Source: Anthoceros angustus (taxonomy: Eukaryota; Plantae; Anthocerotophyta). Taken from it: a stretch of 64,000 nt of DNA. Positions 24,924-36,449 of this stretch are shown here, piece after piece; position 1 is the first letter of the stretch, and the number at the start of each line of letters is the position of its first letter. Location: positions 929,884 to 993,883 of the forward strand of contig MU008180.1 in assembly GCA_010909165.1 (NCBI GenBank), read 5' to 3'. Both the position numbers and the translations under genes were made by a program. The notes beneath the pieces are model-generated. The model worked only from the letters and a program-made list of their open reading frames with translations, was not told the DNA's origin and made no database searches.

Positions 24924-25023
24924 AAGAATTTGTAGTTTTAAACCCAAAATCATGGGAAATATCTTTCGATCAACAAGAATTTGTAGTTTTAAACCCAAAA
25001 TCGTAGGAAATATCTTTCAATCA
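24924..25023. repeat. 51-bp tandem duplication
   Basis: aagaatttgtagttttaaacccaaaatc...ggaaatatctttc starts at 24924 and 24975. Confidence 0.85.
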
Positions 25024-26934
25024 TTGATCGTGAGTTTGAAATTATATATAACGATATATTAATGGTCGCAAATTATAAAGGAATCAAAATGGTGGAGAGA
25101 GCTATGGTTCACTCAAGTTTCTTCCGTTTTATCAAGCTCATTGGAGGCCGCGACCATTATATTGTGGAGGTCATAGCTCCTAGGCATGTGTTTCAGTCTT
25201 GGACACCATCTTTGCGATCAACCAAGGCTGTACATTGTGATTTGACATGTGAAAGAACTCATATTTTTGCTCATTCAATTTGAAACATACATTCAAACGG
25301 TTGGGGGAATGGGTTATTGTTTGATGAAGGCAATGATTCAAACCCGTGAAAGCCAAAACCCGAGCAGGAGAAAATGTCCTCATAAACCAAAATGACAAAG
25401 GAATGATGCATAGGTTACGACCACAGCTGCCGGACGCTTATGCAAGTGCTTGATGAGGCAGAAGTTGGGCAGAACAAAGACACCAAGTCCATGGGCAAGA
25501 ACGACGGTTTTGATGACCCGGAAGTGGAGCACATGTGGAACTTAGAAGTGGTCATACATTCAGTGTTGGCTCAAGGCCCGGATGAGTTACTGATTGGTCC
25601 TCATGAGGGACCATTCACGGCGTAACCGCTCGCACATGCTTGTTTTAAAGTTTACCGTTTTTGTCCCAGTCGATGTGGACGCCGCCATGTTGGCGTTCAC
25701 ACATAACCTTCGGTTTTGTTTCTTTCCAAAGGAGAACCATGTTTAGTTTTGATCTAAATTTATTGAATGGTGTCCATGAACACATTACGGAGGGCGCTGG
25801 CCGGCCAGCGCTCTAGACAAGCTCTCTATCATGTCAATGGAAAGAATGCAGACTTTCTGATTGTGGACGGAACAACAAGGGTAATGTCATTTTGAAGAAT
25901 GGGCTAAAACCCTCTTTTAAGGATTGTGTCGATTTCGTGAAGGGGGTCCAAAACCAAAAGAAAGGGGTTCGTATATTAACCTCCTTACAAAATTATGGTG
26001 TTACCTCCAATCCTCGCAATCTTCACCAACTGTCCAATTTGAGCACAAATAGGGATAGCAGTTGGAGAGAGGGAGGAGCAAGCTATCAAACTAAGGAAAA
26101 GGGAGAGCAAAAGATAGTGAGGGTGGGTCAGATATTTTCTATTTCTAGTAGAAACAGGTGCTAATGTTACCGGTTCTTGTAACGGTTTTGGGCTTATTTG
26201 TAATGTTTTGGGAGGATTTGTTCAGAGAGCATACATTAAACGTCTAAGTAGGTGGCACATTTTCATATGGAGAAGGAGGAGAGAAGGTAATAAATGTTAA
26301 GTTGGAAGAGATGTTCTAGTTTCTCTCTTTTGATATAAGATATCCCAAGACTATGCAAAGAAGAAGAGAGATGGATGTAAGCGTGCAGAGATGGGACCCA
26401 TATGTTATTCTTTCCTATTGTCTTTAAACATGTGACACTTCCATTCCATGCCTCTTTTGTAATATTGAAATGTTACAAAGTTAGGCTAGCAGTTCACGCC
26501 TCTCTTCCATGCCAAAGTTTTGTTACACTTTTGAAGACTATAACAACTACTGTAACAAAAAAGCATAACAATAGCCCCCTATTTCTAGTAGTGTATGGAC
26601 TTAATTGCCAATAGAATAAGTGCTCTCCCTCGTATGTGTCTCTAATGTTGTAGATGATGATAAAAATGATATTTTTGTTATTCGGTTGAGATTCTGTTAG
26701 ATAAGTGGACAAAAAGACAACTAGACAAACAATGTCCGATCCACGCAATAAAAAGGGGTTGACCGAGCACGTAGATTGTCCTTTGCTAGTGTGCCGGACC
26801 TCAAGAGGAAAACTTACTCTCAAATGCTTAGCTAGATAAAGTCCCTGTGAAGTGGTTTACCTTATTTTTCATTTCATGATTTGCTACTACCTAACTTGAT
26901 CCATCGGGAAAAGACGAATGTAATGACACAGGTC

Positions 26935-27237
26935 CCCGGATCATCATCTCCTAGGCCCCCTTTATTCCCGAGGCCCGGATCATCATCTCCTTGGCCCCCT
27001 TTATTCCCGAGGCAAGGCCGCATAGAAGCACATATATTTCAGGAAGAAATTATGAATCTAGGGTTAAATACTATTTATTGGGACGTACCAAGAATTATTT
27101 TCTAGATTTCCTCCAGATCCGGCTTATCGGATTCTCCAACATCTGGTTTTCAGGCAGAACCGCATATAAGTAGAGGCACAGATGAGTATTGATTGATAAA
27201 TTTGTAGAGGCGCAGATGAGTATTGATTGATAAATTT
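26935..27237. repeat. Two short tandem duplications (39 bp x2 at 26935; 34 bp x2 at 27170)
   Basis: cccggatcatcatctcct(a/t)ggccccctttattcccgagg at 26935 and 26974; gtagaggc(a/g)cagatgagtattgattgataaattt at 27170 and 27204. Confidence 0.85.
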
Positions 27238-28298
27238 TTAGTGAATTGATCGAGTAATGATAAGTGTTGGATGAATTTTGAAACTTTGACGAATTTGTTT
27301 TTGAACTTCTACCAAAAGATTTCATAGTATATTTACCAGACAAAGATTTCTTTCACTAACCTTATATTATAGTGAGAATGTAGATATCATGTAACAGAAA
27401 AATTTAAGATAAAAAATTATAGCTGCTAAAGCACATACATATGCAAATCTTTCAATAGCCATGTTTACGCCAATCTGTGAGCTAGAATGATTGTACATTG
27501 TATTCGCAAGAATAATCCGTGCCTCCGTAGCAATCGATACATTTGGCAAGACCTAAAAATCAGACCAACTTCTTCATGAGAATGATACAAGTCATGTAGA
27601 AAACAGGGAAGACCCCATCCAATCTGTCGGACGGGCTATTCTCGCCTGATTTTCTATCTTCTTGGTTCCAAACTTTTAGTGTGCGTAATACTCCCGACCT
27701 CTACTGCCAACTTCCCCAATTATGTCAAGCGGAATCCGGCGTGCCCATCTCTGGGACGACAAATGGGGTGATTTACACTGGTAGATGTGAGTGCACAAGA
27801 AGCGACGTTCGAATGAGATAGGAAGTCCATAACCATAATTCGGAGCGCACGTCCGTTGTATCCGAGGGCCTCTCTATATGAAAGGTTGTGATTCCGCAGT
27901 TCGGCAGATTTGGCATCTACCACCTATTCCCGACCATCAGGTTTGGTTCCAGTTAGGTCAGATTTACTTGGCAGTTGAACTCAGCTTTCCTCCAAAACTC
28001 AAGTCTCTTTTCAGACGTCAACTCCATGGATCGACCGAGCTGATTTTGCTCTACTGTTCTGCTCGATGTTAGCTCCAGGCAAGACGGGTAAAGCAGCATG
28101 CACACTGTTGTAGATGGCCACCAGGACAGGATACGAGCATGGAGTGACGGGATCGGCCACCGCGTTTTCGGGTCCACCAAAGCTCGGTGGAGTAGGTAGG
28201 TCGCACACACTCTGACCACCTGCAACATCTTCCTATGGTGACGCTGCCGCTGCTACTTGGAGCTCCTGGAGTGTGCCACTAGCTCTCACTTCAGTTAC

Positions 28299-29702
28299 TT
28301 ACTGCTTACGCTCAGCAGCTCTACGCCCTGCAGACAATGCCACCTTCTGACTGTAGGCCGAATTCCATGGCCCTCCTTCCCTAGCATAGTAATCCATGGG
28401 GTAATCACCTACAGGTGCCTCTTTCCTCCTATCTGACACACAGCACGCTTCCTCTGCTGCACTACGAGCAGCATTAGACACCCCCCCATCCAGCCCACAG
28501 CCGGCCCTGCTGCTACACACAGCTTCCTCATCCTCTGGAAGCCACCATGGCTGCACGAAGCCCAACGCCACCTCTGCCTCGTAAGGCGTCAGCAGAGGCC
28601 TGACGAACGCCTCTCCCCAGTCGATAGAAAGGCGAGGACAGGCTATCTGAACCCAGGCATCCACAGAGTCCTGGAACAGCGCAATCTTGGCAGGAGACAG
28701 CTCCGATACCAGGAAATTCACATACGGCAGGCCGCGAGCCTCCAGCCGGCGCTGCACATGCTGCAGGATCCTGGGATTTCCCTGCCGCCCTAGCGTCCCC
28801 AGCACTATCCCCCACTGCTTTCCGGTCCGAGCCAGCTCGATGGCCTTCCTCCGGGCCTCCCGCATCCCCCTCTGGTCGTACTCCTCGAAGGTGAGCACTC
28901 GGGAGTAGGGGTCGTACCGGAAAGCCTTCACGCTGGGATTGGCGATCATGAACGCCTCCAGATGGAACCTCCCGTCGGAGACAAACACGAGCTCGTCCAG
29001 GGACCCCGCCGGCAAGGACGGAGCAGTGCAGCCCAACACCTCGCCCGGGGAGAGTGGCTTGGACTGCGGGACCAGCAGGTGAGGAAAATCAGCTGCCAGG
29101 GCCTGCTTGGCGGCGTGGATGGCGGTGGAGAACTGGATGGTCCCGGCAAGGGCGATCCGCGATGAGGAGCGGAAGTTGTGTTTCACAGCAGAAACCAGAT
29201 GGTCCACATCGATCTGTATGTCCACGAAAACATAGAGGCAAGGAATTGTGGTGACGTCCAGCGGAACCAGGCAGCTGTGGCCGTAGTGCACCAGGAACTG
29301 GGCTCCCAGAGCGACTGCAGAGAAATCATCCACGCAGCACGCTCCGTAGGTCACATCTCCCAGCACAAAGCACTCCTCCACATCTGCAAACGCCTCCAAG
29401 ATGTCGCAGATTGCTAGGGAGTACATGAGCAGCCCCTCGGGGAGCTGGAGTGCCACTTTCTTCGCCCCTGCCTGCTTCACGCGCCAGATTGTCTTGGGTA
29501 TCTCCAGATTGTAGTTCCCGGGCAGGACGCCCATGGCCGCCTTGAGAGCCGGGTCATTGAGGATGGAGTCCGGGACCTGCTGCCGAACGAACCTACGAGG
29601 AGCAGGGGCCTGCTTGGAGCCCACCTGTTGATGCAGCTGCACGGCCCCCTCGACTGCACCGCTGCTGATACGGGTACTGGCCATCGCTGCCAGATCTCCC
29701 AT
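28299..29702 (-). CDS. DPH1: Diphthamide biosynthesis protein 1, intronless
   Basis: Single ORF with [88 protein letters not shown]. First in-frame ATG at 29702. Confidence 0.96.
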   Translation of the reverse strand: MGDLAAMASTRISSGAVEGAVQLHQQVGSKQAPAPRRFVRQQVPDSILNDPALKAAMGVLPGNYNLEIPKTIWRVKQAGAKKVALQLPEGLLMYSLAICDILEAFADVEECFVLGDVTYGACCVDDFSAVALGAQFLVHYGHSCLVPLDVTTIPCLYVFVDIQIDVDHLVSAVKHNFRSSSRIALAGTIQFSTAIHAAKQALAADFPHLLVPQSKPLSPGEVLGCTAPSLPAGSLDELVFVSDGRFHLEAFMIANPSVKAFRYDPYSRVLTFEEYDQRGMREARRKAIELARTGKQWGIVLGTLGRQGNPRILQHVQRRLEARGLPYVNFLVSELSPAKIALFQDSVDAWVQIACPRLSIDWGEAFVRPLLTPYEAEVALGFVQPWWLPEDEEAVCSSRAGCGLDGGVSNAARSAAEEACCVSDRRKEAPVGDYPMDYYAREGGPWNSAYSQKVALSAGRRAAERKQ

Positions 29703-29825
29703 TTGTGGCGTTGATGCAGGTGTTTTATAGGTTTCTGAGCTCGGTGGGTTTTTTGTCTTTCCACTTCCAGACACAGATGGGGGGATGCTGTCTGTGTCGC
29801 AATCTTTGCTTCTAACAGGTTTGAG
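29703..29825. promoter_or_regulatory. Putative bidirectional promoter DPH1 / kanadaptin
   Basis: Only 123 bp between divergent ATGs. Confidence 0.55.
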
Positions 29826-32800
29826 ATGGAGGACACGATGGGAGCAGGAGGGGGGGTGGAGCGAGAAAATTCCGGTGCTCAGGCTGAATTGCTCTCCGCT
29901 GCTGCTGGCCAGGCCACGGCTGTGTCCACAAGCAAAGGGATGATGGGTCCACCCCCGCCCAAGGCCAGCGCCGATGGGAAGGCGGAGTTCAAGGCCATGG
30001 GTCCGCCTTCAGCAAGGCCAAGGCCGAAGCCAGAATTGGATGGCCAGGGAAGTGAAGGGGGATTGCCATCCACCTCTGGGAGCGTGGCAGACGATGTTTC
30101 CAAAGGGAAGGGTGGGATGATGCTTCCACCACCTCCGCCTGTGGCAATCGATGGGTCTCAGGTCGTTGTTGAGGTTGCCGTTGGTGGAGGGGTCACCGGG
30201 GAGGGCAGTATAATCCAACCTCGAGAAAAATGTGGTCGCATGCCAGTGAACCCACCGTATGTGAAGCCGGCTTGGAGTGCCAACCCACAGCACCCGTTGT
30301 ACATCGAGGTGCTGAAGGAGGGCTGTATTGTTGACAACTTGGACGTGTGAGTGTGCAATATGAACTGGTTTTTTTCGCTACTGCAGGTCGTTGTTGGAGG
30401 ACCGACCTTAGGTTGCCAGAACTTTTGCTGATCTCTTTGTCGGAATTTAGAGTTGCAGATCAGTGAAGGCTGCCTACATGTTTGGAAGAAGTGATGCTTG
30501 TGACTTCGTGATAGAGCATCCCACTTCGTCTCGTTTTCATGCAGGTAGTATGGATGGTTTGCTGCAATGCTGCCGTCTACAGATGTCAGTGTGGCAGCGT
30601 TTCTCCCTGTTTGAGCTCCGTCTTATAGTTGATTTTGAGTGTTTGCAGTGTTGCAGTACAAGCATACTGGGGAAGCTTTTATCTATGACTTAGGGAGCAC
30701 ACATGGTACATTCGTGAACAAGTCTCAGGCAGGGTTTACTGTCCTAGCAATGTGCAACTCTGTTTTCCATATTCTCAACATGTCTTGTTCTGAGTTGAGT
30801 CTTTGTCATGCTATCTGAGGATTCAGTCTGAGCCCTGGATCACTGCTTTTTCTCTAGGTTGAGCCGAAAGTCTATGTACCAATACGAGTAGGAGATATCT
30901 TGCGGTTTGGCCTGTAAGTTTACCAGTCTTCTATTTTGTCATGGACCACTTGTTACGTAAGTGAAATTGTAGTTGTGCATTTGACTTCTAGCCCAGCTGT
31001 CATGAAGTAGAGTTAAAGGTCAGTAGGGATTAATTGTGTAAGAGTGTTGGTATTGCTGGCTATTGACTGCTGGAGTGGTGCAGCTCATCGAGGTTATATG
31101 TGGTACAAGGGCCAACTGAGCTAATGCCACAGGTACTGTCACCTCCATCCCCTGGCTTATTCCAACAGGCACACATTCTTGTGTTGGCAGGCACAATCAG
31201 TGGTTGTTGGTTGTGCAGGAATCTTTGTCCAAGTCTCAAAGGGCAGCTCAAAGAGCACTGGAAATGGCTCTGGAGAGAAGAGACCAAGTGGAGTCCGTCC
31301 AGCGAGCAAAATCTGCAGCAATTGCTTCTGAGGGTATCACATGGGGTATGCAGGAGGATGCAGAAGAAGAGGAGGAAGAGGTAGCCAGATACTTGAAAGT
31401 GCTGCATCAGTGCTTTTGTGAGCTTGATGCAGGTCTGCTCATATTGATATCATACGTCGTGGTGCAGGAGAATCTGGATGAAATTACCTGGAGGACGCAC
31501 AAGGGCCAGCTTACAGAAAAGCAGCAAAAGACTCTTGAGAAAGTTCACAAACGTCTTGAGAAGGTGCCCCCTTGTTTGACCGAATGATGATGTCCCTGCT
31601 TAAGCAAAGGTTAATTTGCTGTTCCTTGATGTCCACAATAATCACGGTTCTTCTGATCTGGCAAACTTTTCTGTGCAGCTGGCAAACCTGAAAAAGGAGA
31701 TTGATGCTATTCAAGCCAAAGAAATTGCACAGGGGGGCCTCACACAAGGACAACAGACACAAATAGCTCGAAATGAGCAGCGGATACAGCAGGTCTGCGT
31801 AGGTGGGTGCTTTGTCAGATTGTCTTGATTGGTTGTTGTTGGTTGTAACCAATGCCTGGTTTTCATTTCCAGCTCATGGAAGAGTTGGAAACATTAGAGG
31901 AGACGGTGAATGAAAGTATTAGGGAAAGTCTTGGTGCTCGATCTGTAAAAGGTGATTCAAAGAAGGTGTCAGCATTTGATGAGGAAGATGGCAACTCAAG
32001 GTATGTACAATGAGGCACCCACTGAAAGGTGTGAAGATGGTCCGGACCGTCTTTGTAGGAGTGACTGCTGACTAGACGATTCATGGTAAACAGTGACGAT
32101 GAGTTCTACAATCGAGCTGGTGGTGGGAAAGCAAAAAAGAAAGACGAGTCAGGTGAACCAAAAGTTGAGACTGCAGAGTCCCTCCTTGAGAAAAGATCTA
32201 GCCTTCTTGAAGCAATGGAGAGGGTAAAGGTTGACATGAAGTGTGAGGACGAAAAGAAGGCTGATGGAGGAGGGTCAACAGACAAGGCAGACAGAGTGGA
32301 TCCTCTGGATGCCTTTATGATGAGTGTCTCTCAAGACATGGGTAAGCTCTGTTGTTTATCGAGTACGGTTTTGATGGCTCTTATAGGTAAAGCTTCGGTC
32401 CCTGTTCTCATTGTTGGATATTCATAGCGAAATGGATGGGGCTGTCACAGAAAAGGACAGGACCACGAAGCTTATGAAAAAGCTGGAAATCCTTCAAGCA
32501 GAGGTAGACAGAGTAGAAAGGCTTCTGAAGATTGCAGATCCAACCAAAGAGGCTCTGCGGAAATGGGAGGCTAGAGCCAAATCATCACAGGGGGAGAGAT
32601 CTGTTTCCAATGCATCCCTGATTGCAAGCAGAGCAGTTCGGAGGAGTGTGGCTGCCAGTGACACCTCGACTACTGTTCCATCTTCCAATGGAATGGGCAA
32701 GCCTCTAGGTCAGCAAAATACAGAGAGTAGTGAACAAAAGACAGCTGAGAAAAAGGTTAGTCCAGGCCCAGCTGGCGAAGTTGATACCAAAGTAAACAAT

Positions 32801-33423
32801 CAACATGTGCTGCTTGAAGGACCTCTCTGGCTTGGTGCTCCTAGGCCTGCAGAGAAGGAAGTAACCATCACTAAGGCGCGAGGTGATGAGAGCAATGCGG
32901 GCGAAGAGTTCGTAGAGTACAAGGATAGGCACAAGGAAGATGTCCTTGCTGCGCCTTCTGCTGAGCCAGCTGGTCTCATCCTGCAGAAGAAGCCTGAAGC
33001 ATCAGAGCGCAAGGAAAATCAACAGGCTGTTGTAAGTGAGGAGAAACTCCAGGATGCAGCAGATGCAGCTGCTGCCGATGCTGTTGCCCTCCTACTTCGC
33101 CACAAGGGTGGATTGGCATTAGCAGTTGAAAAGGAAGCTGCACGAGAAGCAAAGGCCAAAGCCAAGAAAGCAGCCCGTCAGGTGAAGAAACGAAAGCTGG
33201 GGTCTGAGAAGTTTTCGGAGGAAGGCGGAGAGGACAAGATGGACTTCGAGGCTTGGGTCCCGCCTGCAGGTTGGTCTCCCTATAGTGCACAGTCCTTTTT
33301 TCTTTTTCTGGGAGTCCTATAGAAACCGGGAATGTTTCCGGTTTGTGCTGACGGCACTCGTCATTTTGTGAAGGACAAACTGGAGATGGGAGAACAGCCC
33401 TCAACGACAAATTTGGCTACTGA
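29826..33423 (+). CDS. SLC4A1AP: Kanadaptin-like FHA-domain nuclear protein, multi-exon
   Basis: PPY.KP.WS, FHA motifs [19 protein letters not shown] and [54 protein letters not shown]-terminal [21 protein letters not shown]-stop. A GC-AG intron donor is likely at ~30729. Confidence 0.9.
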
Positions 33424-33686
33424 CATGAGGAGAGCCCTGACAACATAGACATTTGTTAGTCTCGTTCCATGGTATTTGTAAGGCGGAGAGAACTTTTGTG
33501 TCGTCGTTCTTGCAAGGACTACTGTGAGTCCGGAGCATCTGCAGATGCATGTGTGGGTAGCAACAAACCGTGTCCAAGGGTGGAACGATAGGCACAACAG
33601 AATTCATGCTGGCCATGTTCTCTGTATTCCAATTTCCACGCCTGCTTGCGAGATTTACATCCTCTGGGGCTCAGCACGTCGCAGCC

Positions 33687-34079
33687 TCAAAGAAAAGGGG
33701 TATAGTACATACTTTTAGGAGACCCGGAGTTCCCAACCTGCACGAATCTTCCGGAGGTATCGGAGTCTGAATCGGAGTCGAAGGCGTGCGTGGTGGATGC
33801 GTTCTTACGCTTCTTCCTGTCAAAGAGGCGGACGAGCGCCGTCCACGGCGCTTTGATGAAGCTCCACAGCACGCGCGTCCCTCGGCGGCCAACGCGCCAG
33901 ACCAGGCCCTTCCGTCTCCTTCGTCCGGGTGCCGGTGCCGACCGATCTGCAGAAGATCTTAGACGCTCGCTCGGATCATAATCTGCTGACCCCATGCCAT
34001 CCTGGCTAGTCCAGGATCTCCTCCTGCCCGACAGCTTGGTTCTCACACGCCGCCTCAAGGAGATGAGGAAGGGCGCCAT
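33687..34079 (-). CDS. Small basic hypothetical protein (~130 aa)
   Basis: GC-rich ATG-initiated ORF MAPFLISLRRRVRTKL...DSDSDSD...YYTPFL; no recognisable domain. Confidence 0.3.
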   Translation of the reverse strand: MAPFLISLRRRVRTKLSGRRRSWTSQDGMGSADYDPSERLRSSADRSAPAPGRRRRKGLVWRVGRRGTRVLWSFIKAPWTALVRLFDRKKRKNASTTHAFDSDSDSDTSGRFVQVGNSGSPKSMYYTPFL

Positions 34080-35329
34080 TCCGCATCCACCGATGCCAAT
34101 GGTGATGAGCCGCAACAAACAGCGATCAAGCACACGGCGAGATGCATATCAAGGGCCCCTTTCCCTCCTCGGAATACCTGTCTGCTGGAGCCATGGCGTT
34201 CCTTGATAAGCTTGGGACCGAGGCAAGGGACATTTTTCCCTCGGTGCATTAGAGAGGGCAGCTTCCAAGGAATCCCACAGTCCCTGGAATAATATCAAAT
34301 ACCAGCCGCCTACGTGACGTGCGCTTACAGGAGTGAAAAGAGATAAGGGTGCCGAGCACTCATGCACGGCTTCGGCCGTTATGAGGTACATGCTGTCTTT
34401 GCTGGTAGCATGCCAATCCCCGAAGGCCGAAACCGGTCGTGAAGACATGTGGACACGTGAGCGGCATGACGACATGACCGAGGGTGCTCACTGCCGTGAC
34501 AATGCTGGTGGCTAGAGTCCTGACTTCCCTTGACGTCGTTGTTGCTTGTCCATCATCCAGCAGCTTTATTAACTCTTTCACCTATGCTAGATATGTAGGG
34601 GTTCAGGGATATGGGAGTGGGCTTCTTCCAGGGACTCCATCTGTTTTAGAATTTGACCAAGCAAACGCGTTTCAAGGAGATACAATCGGCATTGCTTTGC
34701 AACTAGGAGGCACAAGTTGCATGGTTTCTTGAGGTTTTCCTTCAAGCTTCTAACATGTCGTGGACGAGCAAGAGAGTGGGATGGTAGTAGACGTATTCAA
34801 GACTTGGGAAAGCTTTGTGACCGCACATTCAAGCTGCTCATCAGCTTGCGGACTGCGAGTGCATGCGGGCTCTTAGTGCATTGCTCATGGCAAGTGTACA
34901 CTTACCTCAAGGCAGTGGGTAGCGTATGACCTCGCTCGTAGTCACTGGAAATCTAGAGAGCAAGTCGACATGACGGAGTTGGTTAGATTACTTCTTATGC
35001 TAAAATTATAATTATTTTTTGGATATTTTAATTATCTTCTAGGTGGTAAGATGCGGGTCAAGCTATTTTTTTTTTGTTGGAATATTTTGGACAATAATTT
35101 TACCCTCAAAGCTAGTTGAAGAAGCATGACACTCAAAAAATTATATCTACTACTAGGTTGTGAATTTTAAGAGGGCTTTCAACTGTGTGCCTTGAGACAA
35201 ACTTTTAAATAAATTGAAATATTTAGAGATGACTCCACATATGAGGCCTACTTCTATAGCTCTGTACAGAGAAGTTTATGGTCAAATCCAAACTACTCGT
35301 GGCTTATATACTCATCACATACCGTTCCA

Positions 35330-36446
35330 GCTTGAGTCCATGAAGGTAATTCATGTCTTCAAATATTTTTGGATTGTCCATTGACGAACTTGAAGAGTGG
35401 CTTGTGATCTTGGCATTCGCCCATTCTCCAAAAATATCCTAATCCTCTTCTATGCTAATGATATTGTGTTTTTTTCGCACACCTCGTAGGCAATGCTATA
35501 ACAACTTTATGTGCTATCAGACTTCTCAAAGGTCTCGCTAACGCTGTCAACATGAGAAGGACTTCTCAAAGGTCTTGTTGTCAACATGAGAAGGACAAAG
35601 ATTTTCCGCGATTGAACTTGAAAGATTTTAAGAGTCATGCAAATTCTGATACGAAGGTCAAGAAGTGGAGATGGCCCCTCCTATACATTTCTTGGTATCA
35701 CTATTTTTTGCCCCAAGTTTAATTGAACTTCTTCCCCTCTTCTCGCCACAAGTTTAATTGAACTTCTTCCCCCTATTCTCGTGCTACCGGCTTTGCTTGT
35801 ATTCTCCATTGAGCTTTATACAGAATGAATATTCAAGATATTAACGTTGAGAGGGCCTTTGAATACGTTGGTCATTCCCGCTGTCATATATGGTGCAAAA
35901 CTATGGGATCTGAATCTCTCCTTTTCCTCTTTGACCCGTTACCTGTCTACGAGTTTGCCGATTTTCCCCTTGTACTTAAAGGCATTTTTCGCCCGCCCTC
36001 TTTCCTATCCCATCTTCACCTCCTTGATATCACCAACCCCAATCTTCCCCCTTCCCACTTCCTTGCCTATAGGTTTTGCCAATCATTTTGACTCAATACT
36101 GACTCCAAGGCCATTTTTTGTTGGCTCTCCTGTCAATTGGCATAAAAGATCAGGTTTGAACCTTTTAGACTCAAGCTTGGCCAACTCTCTCCAACTCTCC
36201 TCTCAACGTTTTCTCTCACACTTTCGCTCCAAGCACCTTATCCACAAGGACCTCAAATTCATATATCTTCGTCTCACTTGATCTCCTTTTCCATTCGCCC
36301 CTCCTCTTAAGCCCAAATTCTGTATTTCCAAGGAGGAGTTTCATGTTAATCTGGTTTCCAGCACTCCTGCTCCACTTTAGGTCTCCTCTCTTGTAAGCTC
36401 CAATCACCTCCGGATCGAGACCGACCGTTGGCTTAAGCCCCAACTC
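35330..36446 (+). mobile_element. Degenerate non-LTR retrotransposon (LINE) reverse-transcriptase remnant
   Basis: ILILFYANDIVF (YADD-derived, 35451-35462), GLVVNMRRTK, YTFLGI and TLVIPAVIYGAKLW in RT order, broken by stops and frameshifts. Boundaries approximate. Confidence 0.75.
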
Positions 36447-36449
36447 CTT

